The position numbers and the translations under genes are program-made. A stretch of 63,279 bases of DNA, filler included, from Octopus bimaculoides (Eukaryota): assembly GCF_001194135.2 (NCBI RefSeq). It is 5 parts of 5 records of this genome, joined end to end, with 100 filler letters (N's around TTAATTAATTAA, not from the genome) between each part and the next. Parts side by side here need not be neighbours in the genome. Positions count along the whole stretch, not along the records: positions 42,623 to 52,562 come from NC_068982.1; positions 52,663 to 63,279 come from NC_068999.1; 3 more parts are not named here. One strand, written 5' to 3'. Shown here in pieces: positions 49,651 to 63,279 of this stretch. The stretch's first letter is position 1. Each line of letters starts with the position of its first letter. The notes beneath the pieces were generated by a model. That model was not told where the DNA came from and searched no databases. It saw only the letters and a list, made by a program, of their open reading frames with translations.

Positions 49651-50974
49651 CATCACAAAATCGGGTTATTAGTACAGAATCAGCGCAATGTCGGATAAAA
49701 GGCCTTTCAGTTTTTCTTGCGGCTCAAAATCTAAATTCCGCGTAGATCAATTGCGTTTCGTATACGCTCATATCTTGCAGTTTTAGTTTTGAGTATAAAC
49801 TTTATCACTTTTGTGTTGTTATGAGATTCGGTTTCTTGTTTCTGGTGCTATTGTGTTTCCTGTATTTGTTAAGTAGAACATGCATGTAGTATGGACATGA
49901 CTGGTGATTGTTCTATGAATTGTATCATATAATATAACTGCGATTAACGACTGTATAGAATAGGTAAAAAGGGAATAATATTATACTGAGCGGAAACTTT
50001 GTCGAATTTGAATCGCGTGTATTGTTTTAGAGTGCCCGACATCGATTAGGCATTGACTGAGTGGTGGATGGTTGTTGTCTTTTTTCGGGAGCTGAAGTAC
50101 ATACACTTGAGCGTGTGTACTTGTTATGTTGTGTACCGTAAATTTGTGCGATATAATTGCAATTTCTTACATGGGATGTATCCCATCTGTGCTATTCTTT
50201 GGGTCGTGTAAAGTTAGGGGAGAACTCATATCAAGATATTTATCTTTTTTAATTAAACCTGGTATTTCATATGTCAATGATACTTTTGTCACTTGCATTC
50301 TGTTCATCATGTTTAACTTAGTTCAAAGATACTTGTTATCCGTCAGAAATCCAAATACTATGTGTGTGAAATATAGATAGATTGATAAATAGATAGATAG
50401 AGGAAGAGGGAGAGAGAGAGAGAGAGTGAGAGAGACAGCTCCGGAGAAAGAAACATAGGAAGAGGAGGGATAGAGAGAAAGAGAGTGAGGAGGATAGGAG
50501 GAGAGTCAACTGTGAATTAGATGCGAGGATTTGAATTCTTATAGGGACAATTAGAAACATGGCTGCAAGTTCAGAACATGATGAGACAGAAACGCTGTGT
50601 GTTCACTTTGTGTGTGTATGTGTGTGAGGAGATATTGTAACAGAATGTTAGAAATCAACCTCATCAGGAGCAACTGTCCAAAATGCTGCAAAGTTCTAGC
50701 CTTACAGGAGACGCAACTTTCCTGCTAAAAGCCTTTCGTGTTATGCGCTGGAAGGATTGTTATGAACCGCATACCAGAGGCACAGCAGCTACAACGTACA
50801 CAAACCTTTAAAAGTAAGTAATTGAGGAATACTACTAGAAAATTCTAAAAGACCGAAGCGGTGCAGACACAATAATACGCCTAATATTTCACGGGATGGG
50901 GAAAAAAATCCTGTAAAGTTTAATTATTCATTGTTGGTCAAAGTTTCAACTGAATTGGAATAAAATATCGACAT

Positions 50975-51333
50975 AGGCGCAAGTGTGACTGTGTAGCAAA
51001 AAGCGTGCTTCCCAACCACATGGCTCCGGGTTCAGTCCAACTTCGTGATACCTTAGGCTAGTGTCTTGTACTATAGCCTCCGACCGACCAAAACCTTGTG
51101 AGTGGATTTGGTAGACGAAAACTGAAAGAAGTCTGTCATATATATGTGTATGTGTGTGTGTCTTATGGTCTGTGTTTGTCTCCCCCACTGGTTGCCAACC
51201 GGTGTTTGCGTATTTATGCCCCTGTAACGTAGCGACAGAAAAATACCAGGGGTCGATTTGTTCCCTTCAAGGCGTTGCCCTAGCATGGACGCTGTCAAAT
51301 TACCGAGCTAAGTAAGAGCTAAAAAGATAAAAG
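50975..51333 (+). mobile_element. SINE family A, diverged
   Basis: Head, internal TG tract and tail all recognisable. Confidence 0.85.
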
Positions 51334-51767
51334 ATCCATAGTGAATTGATATGAAACACTACATCTTATATACAGGCAACACATTTTCGTGTGTAGCCTA
51401 AATTTATAAAAGGCTAGTTCAGCGGTTGTATTGGTCTGAGAAACAGAGGGTCACAGAAAGGTCAGTGAATAAATTGTGGAGTTCGAAACCAGCCTTTTGA
51501 GAATCTACTTCGTGTCCGTCTCTCTCTCAATCCCGTCTCTTCCCCGACGTCTCTACGTATCTCTCTATCTCCTTCTCTTTTTGTTTACTCTCATCCTGCC
51601 TCTACCCTCTCTCTCTATCTCTCTCTTTCTGGTTTCATAACTTTGTGTAGTTCATACACTAAGCATGCTTTGCGAAAGCGATTTTCATGGCGAAACTTCC
51701 AAGTATACGTTTACATTAATGTTACACATACACAAACACCAGGCCACATACGCTCGACCACCCATCC

Positions 51768-51809
<42 letters not shown>

Positions 51810-52662
51810 TATCTTTCCTCGACAAATGCTTACGAAGCTTATCCTTCAACATGCAAGTGTTTGAGTGTGTCATGGACAGATAATTGCATGTTTGTCAGTA
51901 TGTTTGGGTGTGAGTAATAGTGTCACATATTCAGCGTCCATTACTGCGGAACTTTTATCATCCTTAACATCCACAGATTACGGCTTATAAATTTCTATGT
52001 TCTATCGAATTTAACACCTTTCTGTTCTTTCCTCTCGTTTTAACTGTGTCCATCTCACACAAATCTACGCAGTATTTCTCCTATTTCAGTTTTATAAGTT
52101 ACGATATATGCAGAAGTACAACTCTTCATATACATATATAAGCAAAAAAAGAAACACAAATAGATGTGTAAAAGCTGCTTCAAAATTAGATTTCTTATCG
52201 GGTTTGCGAAATATTGAAACAATTCACAATAAAACCAACGGTTCTTGCGTAATACCAGCTTGTTAGTGAACAGATAGTGTATTATTTTCTTGCAACATTT
52301 CTCTGGTTATTGGATTTCTCTGCCTCAAATATTACTGATGCAGACCACCAATCCACTCGTATAAATAGCTTTTATCGTTGTCTTTTCAGATTGGGAATAA
52401 CAGGATTATCCATTAGGTCGATATAATGCTTGCGTTAATAGTCGAGCTTCAGCACAATCAATGGAGAAACTTCATGGAGAAATCAATACACAACGACACA
52501 AACTGAAGTACCTAACAACTACACCACACCCCTGTATATAAATATATATATATATATATATANNNNNNNNNNNNNNNNNNNNNNNNNNNNNNNNNNNNNN
52601 NNNNNNTTAATTAATTAANNNNNNNNNNNNNNNNNNNNNNNNNNNNNNNNNNNNNNNNNNNN

Positions 52663-52696
<34 letters not shown>

Positions 52697-53316
52697 CATA
52701 TACATATACAAGCATATATACGCTCATGCCTGACTATATGTACAAATATAAATAGTCGGAACTAACGTCTATGTTTGCCAATTTTCTAACAGCGGAATTC
52801 GACGGATAGCAGCAGACATCGGCAAACATCGGCAAAACAATTAAAAATTTTACACCAAAGCCAAACTCGTCTACTCTTCCATGGCTTCAAACATCAACGT
52901 AATATCAGGTTTATTCACTCTAAAGCTAACGTTGCAGGAAACAATCATCTGTCTTATTGATTAACGTCTACGATAATAATATAATGAGACTTGCAAGCCT
53001 AAAGGGTGTGTTTTAGAACATGAAAATTACTTGGCTGCGATCCAAGCTTGACCTCAATATGGCAAGCAGCGACGTCCATTTTTGCAATGCATTTTAGAAT
53101 GTTAGACCATCTTTGAAACAGGAGGCTAATCTCATGTTATTGAACTTATTTATGCTATTCAGATATTTCATGCGAATTATAACTGATATTAAATGCATAT
53201 CTCAATAGAGCGCCCGCGTGTGTGCTTGCACGCGTGGGTATATCGACATGGATATTTTATAAGTGCTGTATAGATGCATAAAATCACGCCTATTCCTCTC
53301 TTCCCATATGTATGTG

Positions 53317-53357
<41 letters not shown>

Positions 53358-54014
53358 GCATAACTACTTTTATATCTGTGTGTCTATGTATACACATATA
53401 AATATATATATATATGCATATAGCTATATGCATGTACAGAGAGAGAGAGGGAGATACATATATGCGTGTATATATANNNNNNNNNNNNNNNNNNNNNNNN
53501 NNNNNNNNNNNNNNNNNNNNNNNNNNNNNNNNNNNNNNNNNNNNNNNNNNNNNNNNNNNNNNNNNNNNNNNNNNNNNNNNNNNNNNNNNNNNNNNNNNNN
53601 NNNNNNNNNNNNNNNNNNNNNNNNNNNNNNNNNNNNNNNNNNNNNNNNNNNNNNNNNNNNNNNNNNNNNNNNNNNNNNTATATATATATATATATATATA
53701 TACATACATACATATTTACATATATATATATATATATGTATACATATACACATTTATATATATATATATGTGTGTGTGTATGTATGTATGTATGTATGTA
53801 TGTATGTATGTATGTATGTATGTATAGATATTGCTGAGACATACGTATTTGGGTGCGTGTATATGCGTCAGCAATTTCTTTTGCAGATACACACAATCCG
53901 AAGAAAAAAAATTTTAAAGTAACTGGTGCATGAAGAAATGCCATAAATATATTTTATTTAAAACTATTTGTGATACGAATTTATTAGTGTCACTTTTACT
54001 GAAAATGTCACTAT

Positions 54015-54045
<31 letters not shown>

Positions 54046-54146
54046 CATGCGCGCGTGTGTGTATTCATACATTAGCATGTATGTATGTATACACAAAAGT
54101 ATATATATATAATGAAAGTGGGGGAGAATATATATATATACTCCCA

Positions 54147-54197
<51 letters not shown>

Positions 54198-54326
54198 ATA
54201 TATATATATATATATATATATATGCATATATAAAGTTATATCTATATGTATCGACGTATATCTCTATTTCTATGAGTCTATCTCTTTCTATACAGGTGTT
54301 TGTGTGTATATATGAATGTATTAAGG

Positions 54327-54368
<42 letters not shown>

Positions 54369-54777
54369 AGTTTATTTATTCAGAAAGCTTTAAATCACAC
54401 CTCAACTAGCCGACCTTGCCACTTGTAACACTTGCGAGGCATTTATTGCACATGTTTTAGTAAACGAATGCCTGATGAATGAGTGAGTACATGATAGGAG
54501 GGAAGAAGAAAATTGCGTGTATATGAGGAACGGAAAGAGAAAAAGAGAGACAAGGTGAGCGAGAGGGAGAGAGATACAGAGAGCGAGAGAGAGACAAAAA
54601 GGTGGAGCGTACAATAGATACAAAATGGCCGTATGTTCTTCAATATCTATGGTTAAAACAGTTACTGTATTGTCCATAGCAACTAAACCACTGACTGCAA
54701 TATTTTCTGTTTTTATTGGTAGTATATTGAGTTTTCTGGTTTATTGCTTCCAATTGATAAGTTCATCGTATTTTATA

Positions 54778-54847
<70 letters not shown>

Positions 54848-55098
54848 CAAACATATATGTATGTATGTGTGTAAGCCTGTAAATATATCATATATATATA
54901 TATATATATATATATGTATACATATACAAATGTTTTTTGCGTTAAATGGAGAAGCAGTGACGAGTGAAATTTCTGTAAAATAATAAATATTGTTATAATC
55001 TTTAAGCTTATAATAATCATTATCATTTACAGAGTTACAGAGAGTGTGTGTGTTTGTGTGTGTGTGTGCGTATGTATGTGTGTGTGTGTGTGTTTGCA

Positions 55099-55179
<81 letters not shown>

Positions 55180-56309
55180 NNNNNNNNNNNNNNNNNNNNN
55201 NNNNNNNNNNNNNNNNNNNNNNNNNNNNNNNNNNNNNNNNNNNNNNNNNNNNNNNNNNNNNNNNNNNNNNNNNNNNNNNNNNNNNNNNNNNNNNNNNNNN
55301 NNNNNNNNNNNNNNNNNNNNNNNNNNNNNNNNNNNNNNNNNNNNNNNNNNNNNNNNNNNNNNNNNNNNNNNNNNNNNNNNNNNNNNNNNNNNNNNNNNNN
55401 NNNNNNNNNNNNNNNNNNNNNNNNNNNNNNNNNNNNNNNNNNNNNNNNNNNNNNNNNNNNNNNNNNNNNNNNNNNNNNNNNNNNNNNNNNNNNNNNNNNN
55501 NNNNTGAGGTTTGATAGACTCGAAACATATCCATTGCTACTGCAACAAATTTCAGACTGACCTCACCCCTAATCATGTAAATGAAGTTGAGAAATTAATT
55601 TGAATTCATTTTCTCAAATTATCTCCCCTTTTATTTTCAGATTCTCAAAACAATTTTTTGCATTTTTTTATCATTATCTAACCATAAGAGAAATTTCAGT
55701 GGTACAAGAAATTTTTTGAGTACGGCTTTTATTACGTCACCATTTAGCATCATTACACAAATTCATGTTAATCACTCACTAACGCATGTACATTATTATT
55801 TCCCTTTGTTCCTTTTGATTTTGTATAACAATTTTGAAAGAGAAAAATGTATCGTGGTTGTAACCTACGCCATATTTAATTGAAGATATTTAAAATTATT
55901 AATTATATTTTATGCCTTTATGTGTGTAGTCTATTGAATATTTAATTTTCAGGTTACACCCAAAACAAAACGAGTAAAAAAGCAAGAATAAAAATCAAAG
56001 GCTATGAAGAGAGAAAAAAAACAAAAACAGAACGGAAGGCAGTGTGACAGACGATCAGTCAAACAGGCGAATAGTTGAACAGAGAAGAATGAGATGTGTG
56101 TCGTTAGGTGCAAAGTAGATTGGATAGGTTTCATCTTCTACGTAGCGATGAGAAATAGATTTCGTTGTAAAATATGTTGTGTGAACATTTCGATACAGAA
56201 ACGTACAAACATCGACACAGGCACAAAGCATACTTACACACACACACACAAATATATATTCAAGCCCGTGAGCAGACAGACAGGCAGGCAGACACATAGA
56301 CAGATGTAT

Positions 56310-56344
<35 letters not shown>

Positions 56345-57194
56345 TCACTCTCTCTTCCCCTCTCTCTCTCTACCTCTCCCTCTCTCTTCCCCTCTCTCTC
56401 CCCCTTAACACACACACAGAGTTTTATGTATAGGTATATTTTACTTTTTCAACACAAACGGGAGAGAACTCCGAGTCTGTTTTGGTCTTATTCTGACCAC
56501 ATATTACAAAGCAGCTCTCTTTTCGCCGAACTCGGCGAAGTAATAATACAAATAACACGGTATAAAATGTTGTTTTAGTTAAACAGAATATTTTAGATAA
56601 TATATACAGGGTTCACTCTCTTGTGTATAATCGAACCACGCCCTTCGTTTCACTAGACCGCCCCTCTTATCCTGCATACATTAAATTGTGAATATTTAGA
56701 GCAGATATCACCCTCATCAATCTTGCCATTGTGTGGAAGATCTGCAAAGGTCAAGGTAACTACCACCACCACCACCAGCCTCATACATAAATCGTCCGAC
56801 TGAGTATTTTTTTTTTAAAGGGGCAGCATGTTTTTACAAGGGAATGTTTTTAAAAGAAAGAAAGAAAGAAGGAAAAGCCATGAAAAATGGAAAAAGAGAA
56901 AAAAACAAAAGATATACACAAACAAATAAATAAAACATGCAAAGAAAAGCGAATCGGGGAGAGCGAAAGAGAAAGAGGGAGAAGTAAACGGAGAAGGAAG
57001 GAAAAATCTTAGACAAAACGAAGACCAAAGAAATAATAAAAGGACGAAAGAAAGAAAGAAACGAATAAAACAATGTATATATATATATCTTACGGAGGTG
57101 TACTTGCATAGCACGTGACCTGTGCTGAAACAAAAACAATTGCAGCGTGGAAGGTGTTTATATATATATATATATATACGCCTAGGCATATACC

Positions 57195-57266
<72 letters not shown>

Positions 57267-57271
57267 GATAA

Positions 57272-57316
<45 letters not shown>

Positions 57317-57465
57317 CAGGTTATGTATGCGTGTAATATGTATGCATGAATTCTTCAGATTTCAAAACTAACTAAAATTTTCAAATTGTTTTTTCCTAAA
57401 TAAAAATCATAAATATTTATTCAATATGGGGCCGTATGCAAAGCGCTTCTGTTCTTTCATCTTAG

Positions 57466-57512
57466 GCAGCAGCAACGAAAAGATGACTGTGAAATTGAAA
57501 GCCTATAACAGA
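57466..57512 (+). CDS. Candidate 47-nt exon (xSSNEKMTVKLKAYNR)
   Basis: Acceptor cttctgttctttcatcttAG, donor GTAGGT, open in phase 1-to-0 reading; no homology recognised. Confidence 0.3.
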
Positions 57513-57879
57513 GTAGGTTATACAATTAAAATAATGTCTCGTCGAGTAGGATGAATAATAATTTACATATAATATGCATATGAGAATATATGTATTCATA
57601 TACATGCATACGTATACATATATGTTATACATTATACTTGTAGATGTACGTGCGTGTGTAATTTATGCTGAGATTATATACGTGTGTTTATAGTTCAAAA
57701 TTCTAATCACTCCTCAAGCCATAGAGAAGGTGGTACCGTGAAGTAATTTTTTGTTATAAATAATTTATCAATTTAAATCTAATGTTACCCACTCGTTCGT
57801 TGCAACATGCCACTATCATTATACGCTTATTTACTCTTAATTCTAATGACGCTTTCACACCTTTTCACTCATAAACCCG

Positions 57880-57930
<51 letters not shown>

Positions 57931-58506
57931 NNNNNNNNNNNNNNNNNNNNNNNNNNNNNNNNNNNNNNNNNNNNNNNNNNNNNNNNNNNNNNNNNNNNNN
58001 NNNNNNNNNNNNNNNNNNNNNNNNNNNNNNNNNNNNNNNNNNNNNNNNNNNNNNNNNNNNNNNNNNNNNNNNNNNNNNNNNNNNNNNNNNNNNNNNNNNN
58101 NNNNNNNNNNNNNNNNNNNNNNNNNNNNNNNNNNNNNNNNNNNNNNNNNNNNNNNNNNNNNNNNNNNNNNNNNNNNNNNNNNNNNNNNNNNNNNNNNNNN
58201 NNNNNNNNNNNNNNNNNNNNNNNNNNNNNNNNNNNNNNNNNNNNNNNNNNNNNNNNNNNNNNNNNNNNNNNNNNNNNNNNNNNNNNNNNNNNNNNNNNNN
58301 NNNNNNNNNNNNNNNNNNNNNNNNNNNNNNNNNNNNNNNNNNNNNNNNNNNNNNNNNNNNNNNNNNNNNNNNNNNNNNNNNNNNNNNNNNNNNNNNNNNN
58401 NNNNNNNNNNNNNNNNNNNNNNNNNNNNNNNNNNNNNNNNNNNNNNNNNNNNNNNNNNNNNNNNNNNNNNNNNNNNNNNNNNNNNNNNNNNNNNNNNNNN
58501 NNNNNN

Positions 58507-58544
<38 letters not shown>

Positions 58545-58548
<4 letters not shown>

Positions 58549-58742
58549 TTGTGTTTGTACACTTAACCATCACTTGACAACCGGTGTTGGTGTGTTTACG
58601 TCCCCGTAACCTAGTGGTTCGGCAAAAGACACCGGTATCATAAGTACTAGGCTTACAAAGAATAAGTCCTCTGGGTCGATTTGTTCGAGTAAAGGTGGTG
58701 CTCCTGCATGGCCGCAGACTAATGACTGAAACAAGTAAAATA
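58545..58742 (+). mobile_element. SINE family A 3' half
   Basis: cacttgacaaccggtgttggtgtgtttacgtccccgtaac...gactgaaacaagtaaaa. Confidence 0.9.
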
Positions 58743-58774
<32 letters not shown>

Positions 58775-58958
58775 TGAATGCTAGAAATGAGGAATAGATA
58801 GACAGCTGACAACTGCTGAAGGGTCCTTTCTCTGTGTTGACTTGTCCAGTTTACCATTTTTTTCTCGTTGTTTACGTATTTCATGTTATTTATACCGTTG
58901 GTGATGTCCTGTACTCATATATACATGTACGTATATATATATATATATATATATATAC

Positions 58959-58989
<31 letters not shown>

Positions 58990-59345
58990 TAGATATACGT
59001 ATATGTGTAAATATGTGTGATTGGGCGGGTGGCCTTACATCACTAGCAATTTAATGGTGTGTTCCAATAGTCTTCATTATTTCCTTTACCAAATGTCGTA
59101 AAAAATGTTCTTTTGGCGCCAATCTTACAAAACGAACTCACTAAGTAGACAGGAATGAAATAATCGGCAGATAAGATAGGTACTTCAAAAGGCATATCAC
59201 TTATCTCTCACCTTATGTGAGTGTGTGTAGGAATGGATATGTGTGTGTGTGTATGCGTATCTGTATGTATACATGCGTATATATAGACATATGTGTGTGT
59301 GTATGTATAATATATATCTATGTGTGTGTGTATAATATATATCTA

Positions 59346-59398
<53 letters not shown>

Positions 59399-60096
59399 NN
59401 NNNNNNNNNNNNNNNNNNNNNNNNNNNNNNNNNNNNNNNNNNNNNNNNNNNNNNNNNNNNNNNNNNNNNNNNNNNNNNNNNNNNNNNNNNNNNNNNNNNN
59501 NNNNNNNNNNNNNNNNNNNNNNNNNNNNNNNNNNNNNNNNNNNNNNNNNNNNNNNNNNNNNNNNNNNNNNNNNNNNNNNNNNNNNNNNNNNNNNNNNNNN
59601 NNNNNNNNNNNNNNNNNNNNNNNNNNNNNNNNNNNNNNNNNNNNNNNNNNNNNNNNNNNNNNNNNNNNNNNNNNNNNNNNNNNNNNNNNNNNNNNNNNNN
59701 NNNNNNNNNNNNNNNNNNNNNNNNNNNNNNNNNNNNNNNNNNNNNNNNNNNNNNNNNNNNNNNNNNNNNNNNNNNNNNNNNNNNNNNNNNNNNNNNNNNN
59801 NNNNNNNNNNNNNNNNNNNNNNNNNNNNNNNNNNNNNNNNNNNNNNNNNNNNNNNNNNNNNNNNNNNNNNNNNNNNNNNNNNNNNNNNNNNNNNNNNNNN
59901 NNNNNNNNNNNNNNNNNNNNNNNNNNNNNNNNNNNNNNNNNNNNNNNNNNNNNNNNNNNNNNNNNNNNNNNNNNNNNNNNNNNNNNNNNNNNNNNNNNNN
60001 NNNNNNNNNNNNNNNNNNNNNNNNNNNNNNNNNNNNNNNNNNNNNNNNNNNNNNNNNNNNNNNNNNNNATATATATATATATATATATATATATAC

Positions 60097-60263
60097 ACGA
60101 CGGGCTTTTCTCAGTTTCCGTCTACCAAATCCACCTCAAAAGGCTCTGGTCGGCCCTAAGCTATAGCAGGAGAAACTTGCACAAAGTGCCACGGAATGGA
60201 ACTGAACCCGGAACCATGTGGTTGGTAAGCGAGTTACTTACCACACAGTCACTCCTGCGTCTA
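60097..60263 (-). mobile_element. SINE family A 5' half
   Basis: cgacgggcttttctcagtttccgtctacc...ttaccacacagtcactcctgcgtc. Confidence 0.9.
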
Positions 60264-60617
60264 AATAAAATACGCATAAATATATATATATATATATCAT
60301 GTGCATACATTTAGATGCATGGCGTATATGTGGAGATTAATATACGTGCACGTGTGATGAACGTTATGACTCGCCATCTTTTCTTTCTCACATACACACT
60401 GATTTTTTTCTCCCTTTAATGACATACTTTTTTACTCGTATATTTTCATATCTTACTTATATATGTTTGTAACATGGTCTTTCGAACTATAACCAGTTCC
60501 AACACACTCAACATACTCGAACTTGGCCGTTGGGATGGAGACAGTTGCTTGTAATGGAGTCGTACATCTAGTTTCTTTAGTTTTGTTCTGTTCTGCTTGT
60601 ATTTGGCGGTTAATATC

Positions 60618-60759
60618 ATGTTTACGTGCCGGAATTTGGGCGGTTTTTATTATTGTTACTGGTCTTGTCTTTTTTTTTTAGTACTGGCTGACTGTGCTGT
60701 ACCGACATTTTCTAAATGTATTAAATCATATTCTGGAGGCTTAATATCTGCTAACCGAG
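60618..60759 (+). CDS. Candidate first exon of a secreted protein (MFTCRNLGGFYYCYWSCLFFLVLADCAVPTFSKCIKSYSGGLISANR, phase-1 donor)
   Basis: ATG, hydrophobic stretch ending in A-D-C-A, strong donor GAG|GTAACA at 60760. Alternatively 60682-60759 is a 78-nt internal phase 1-1 exon after tttttttttAG. Confidence 0.4.
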
Positions 60760-60947
60760 GTAACAAATTTCTCTATTACTTTATCATGGTGCTTGCTTTT
60801 TCTTTCTGTTTCTTTCCCCCTCTCTCGCTCTCTCTCTCTCTATTTATCTATCTATATATAATATACACACACACACAAACACACACGCACACGCACGCAC
60901 ACACACACACACACACACAAACACATACATCATATATATACATACAC

Positions 60948-61280
60948 AGTCGCAGGAGTGGCTGTGTGGTAAGTAGTTGCTTACCAACCACATGATTCCG
61001 GGTTCAGTCCCACGGCGTGGCACCCTGGGCAGGTGTCTTCTACTATAGCCTCGGGCCAACCAACAGCTTGTGAGTGTATTTGGTAGACGGAAACTGAAAG
61101 AAGTCGTCGTATATGTGTGTGTGTGTGTGTCGTTTGACAACCGATACTGGTGTGTCTACGTCCCCGTAACTGAGCAGTTCGGCAACAGAACCGACAGAAT
61201 AAGTATTTGGCTTACAAAGAATAAGTCCTTGGGGGCGATTTACTCGACTAAAGGCGGTGCTCCAACATGGCCGCAGTTAA
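60948..61280 (+). mobile_element. SINE family A
   Basis: gtcgcaggagtggctgtgtggtaag head through ggcggtgctccaacatggccgcag. Confidence 0.9.
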
Positions 61281-61335
<55 letters not shown>

Positions 61336-61819
61336 CCGCAGTCGCATGGCTGAAACGAGTAAAAGAGTTGTATAGATAGATAGATAGATAGATATACGTG
61401 TATATGTGCGTGTGTGTATGTATGTGTGTAATTGTGTGGATGTATTGTATGCTCTCTCTGTGTATGTATATGTGTGTGTGTGTGTGCGCGCGCACCTGCG
61501 TGCGTGTGTTTTGTTTGCTGTGTCTTCAAAAAATCCGTGGTTAATCCATGTATAGATATTCGGTTCCTATCAATTGAAAACGTTTTCTTATGTCGTTGTG
61601 TGAAATTATTTAATCTTGGGTTGCTTTAAATTGTCGGCAACACTTAGACATTTAGATTATCCGCATCCTATCCAGCTGGGTTTTTATCTTTCATAATAAC
61701 TTTCACCTCATTTAATCTTAATCCAAAGCAACAAACCACACTTAAGGCAGTAGGCCCGAATTCTCTTCAAGGAATGCTTTATCTGATTTTTATGCCGCAT
61801 TTTATAATTGATTACGAAG

Positions 61820-61883
<64 letters not shown>

Positions 61884-62366
61884 GTATTCATACATACATG
61901 TATACATACGTAGATGCAATATATATATATTCATACATACATATATATAAATATTATATATATANNNNNNNNNNNNNNNNNNNNNNNNNNNNNNNNNNNN
62001 NNNNNNNNNNNNNNNNNNNNNNNNNNNNNNNNNNNNNNNNNNNNNNNNNNNNNNNNNNNNNNNNNNNNNNNNNNNNNNNNNNNNNNNNNNNNNNNNNNNN
62101 NNNNNNNNNNNNNNNNNNNNNNNNNNNNNNNNNNNNNNNNNNNNNNNNNNNNNNNNNNNNNNNNNNNNNNNNNNNNNNNNNNNNNNNNNNNNNNNNNNNN
62201 NNNNNNNNNNNNNNNNNNNNNNNNNNNNNNNNNNNNNNNNNNNNNNNNNNNNNNNNNNNNNNNNNNNNNNNNNNNNNNNNNNNNNNNNNNNNNNNNNNNN
62301 NNNNNNNNNNNNNNNNNNNNNNNNNNNNNNNNNNNNNNNNNNNNNNNNNNNNNNNNNNNNNNNNNN

Positions 62367-62404
<38 letters not shown>

Positions 62405-62405
<1 letters not shown>

Positions 62406-62610
62406 ATGTAAGTGTGTGTGTCCCCAACATCGCTTGACAACCGATGCTGGTGTGTTTTCGTCCCCGTAACTTAGCGGTTCGGCAAAAGAGACCGATAGAA
62501 TAAGTACTAGGCTTACAAAGAATAAGTCCTGGGGACGATTTGCTTGACTAAAGGCGGTGCTCCAGCATGGCCGCAGTCAAATAACTGAAACAAGTAAAAG
62601 CGTGAAAGAG
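62405..62610 (+). mobile_element. SINE family A 3' half
   Basis: ccccaacatcgcttgacaaccgatgctgg...ctgaaacaagtaaaag. Confidence 0.9.
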
Positions 62611-62979
62611 TAAAGAGTATAATGTGTGAGCATGAGATTCTGATATACCATTTAAATGTGTATTCATTTTGTATTTCATTTGTGTATCTTAGTGTGTGTA
62701 TGACGGCCGATATATGTACATACTCTGTTATCTGCTTATGTAAAAGTATATGCTTTCATATGTATTTGAATAACGTGATTGGTTTGGTTTGGTTTGGTTT
62801 GGTTTGGCTTGGTTTGGTTTGGTCAGCGCATCACCTTACGTATATATCTATAATGAGAAACGAGCCTATATGAGTATATGTTTACGTATAAGCTTATGTG
62901 TAATGTGAGTGACCGGCATATATACGTATGTATAGATGTGTATCGTAAGGGCGTGAGTGGAGTGTGTGCGTGCGCGTGC

Positions 62980-63022
<43 letters not shown>

Positions 63023-63120
63023 CGTGTGTGTGTGTCAGTGCGTTTGTATATGCATGAAATAAGAAATCGTTATATGCCAGCATACTTTTGTGCGTAAATG
63101 TGTAACTGTATGTGATATTT

Positions 63121-63169
<49 letters not shown>

Positions 63170-63279
63170 GTGTGTATGTATTTATATACATATATATATA
63201 TATACATATGTGTGTATATGTGTGTGTGTATACATATGTATATATATATACATATGTGTATATATACTTATATACATAT

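Noticed and set aside
50570-50610. gaaca-TGATGA-gaca-GAAAC...tgttc hammerhead-like motif
   Set aside because: C3 is missing and there is no room for helix II; likely chance.
50708-50814. Exon candidate ending at a GTAAGT donor
   Set aside because: Stop codons in all three frames and a weak acceptor.
54465-54520. CTGATGA motif
   Set aside because: No pairing for helices I or II.
57807-57890. Hydrophobic MPLSLYAYLLLILMTL as a signal peptide
   Set aside because: No usable donor; the frame runs into a (CA)n tract and a gap.
194-63083. Hundreds of ORFs rich in HT, YI, CV, MY, poly-D/S/V or X
   Set aside because: They are translations of microsatellites or run through N gaps; none shows a protein domain.

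Overview
AT-rich, microsatellite-saturated eukaryotic draft scaffold with many N gaps. The repeat families look like those of an octopus (coleoid cephalopod) genome; this is recalled from memory, not a database hit. Nearly all ORFs in the supplied track are microsatellite or N-gap artefacts. The real content is: (i) dozens of tRNA-headed SINEs built from interchangeable head, core and tail modules; (ii) decayed fragments of Penelope-like (GIY-YIG), RTE, I/Jockey-like and Tx1/L1-like retroelements; (iii) Tc1/mariner-superfamily elements and MITEs with TA target duplications; (iv) a few short candidate exons of unidentified host genes, the best being a first coding exon at 21868-21958. The most striking signal is a repeat present twice (about 35.75-36.06 kb and 41.25-41.93 kb). 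It joins a tRNA-like Pol III head and an (AAT)n spacer to a minimal type I hammerhead ribozyme of the kind found in Penelope-like elements, which suggests a ribozyme-carrying SINE mobilised by Penelope-like machinery. No complete gene, rRNA, intact tRNA or CRISPR array is supported. SINE family labels A-H are my own working names, and most repeat boundaries are approximate.
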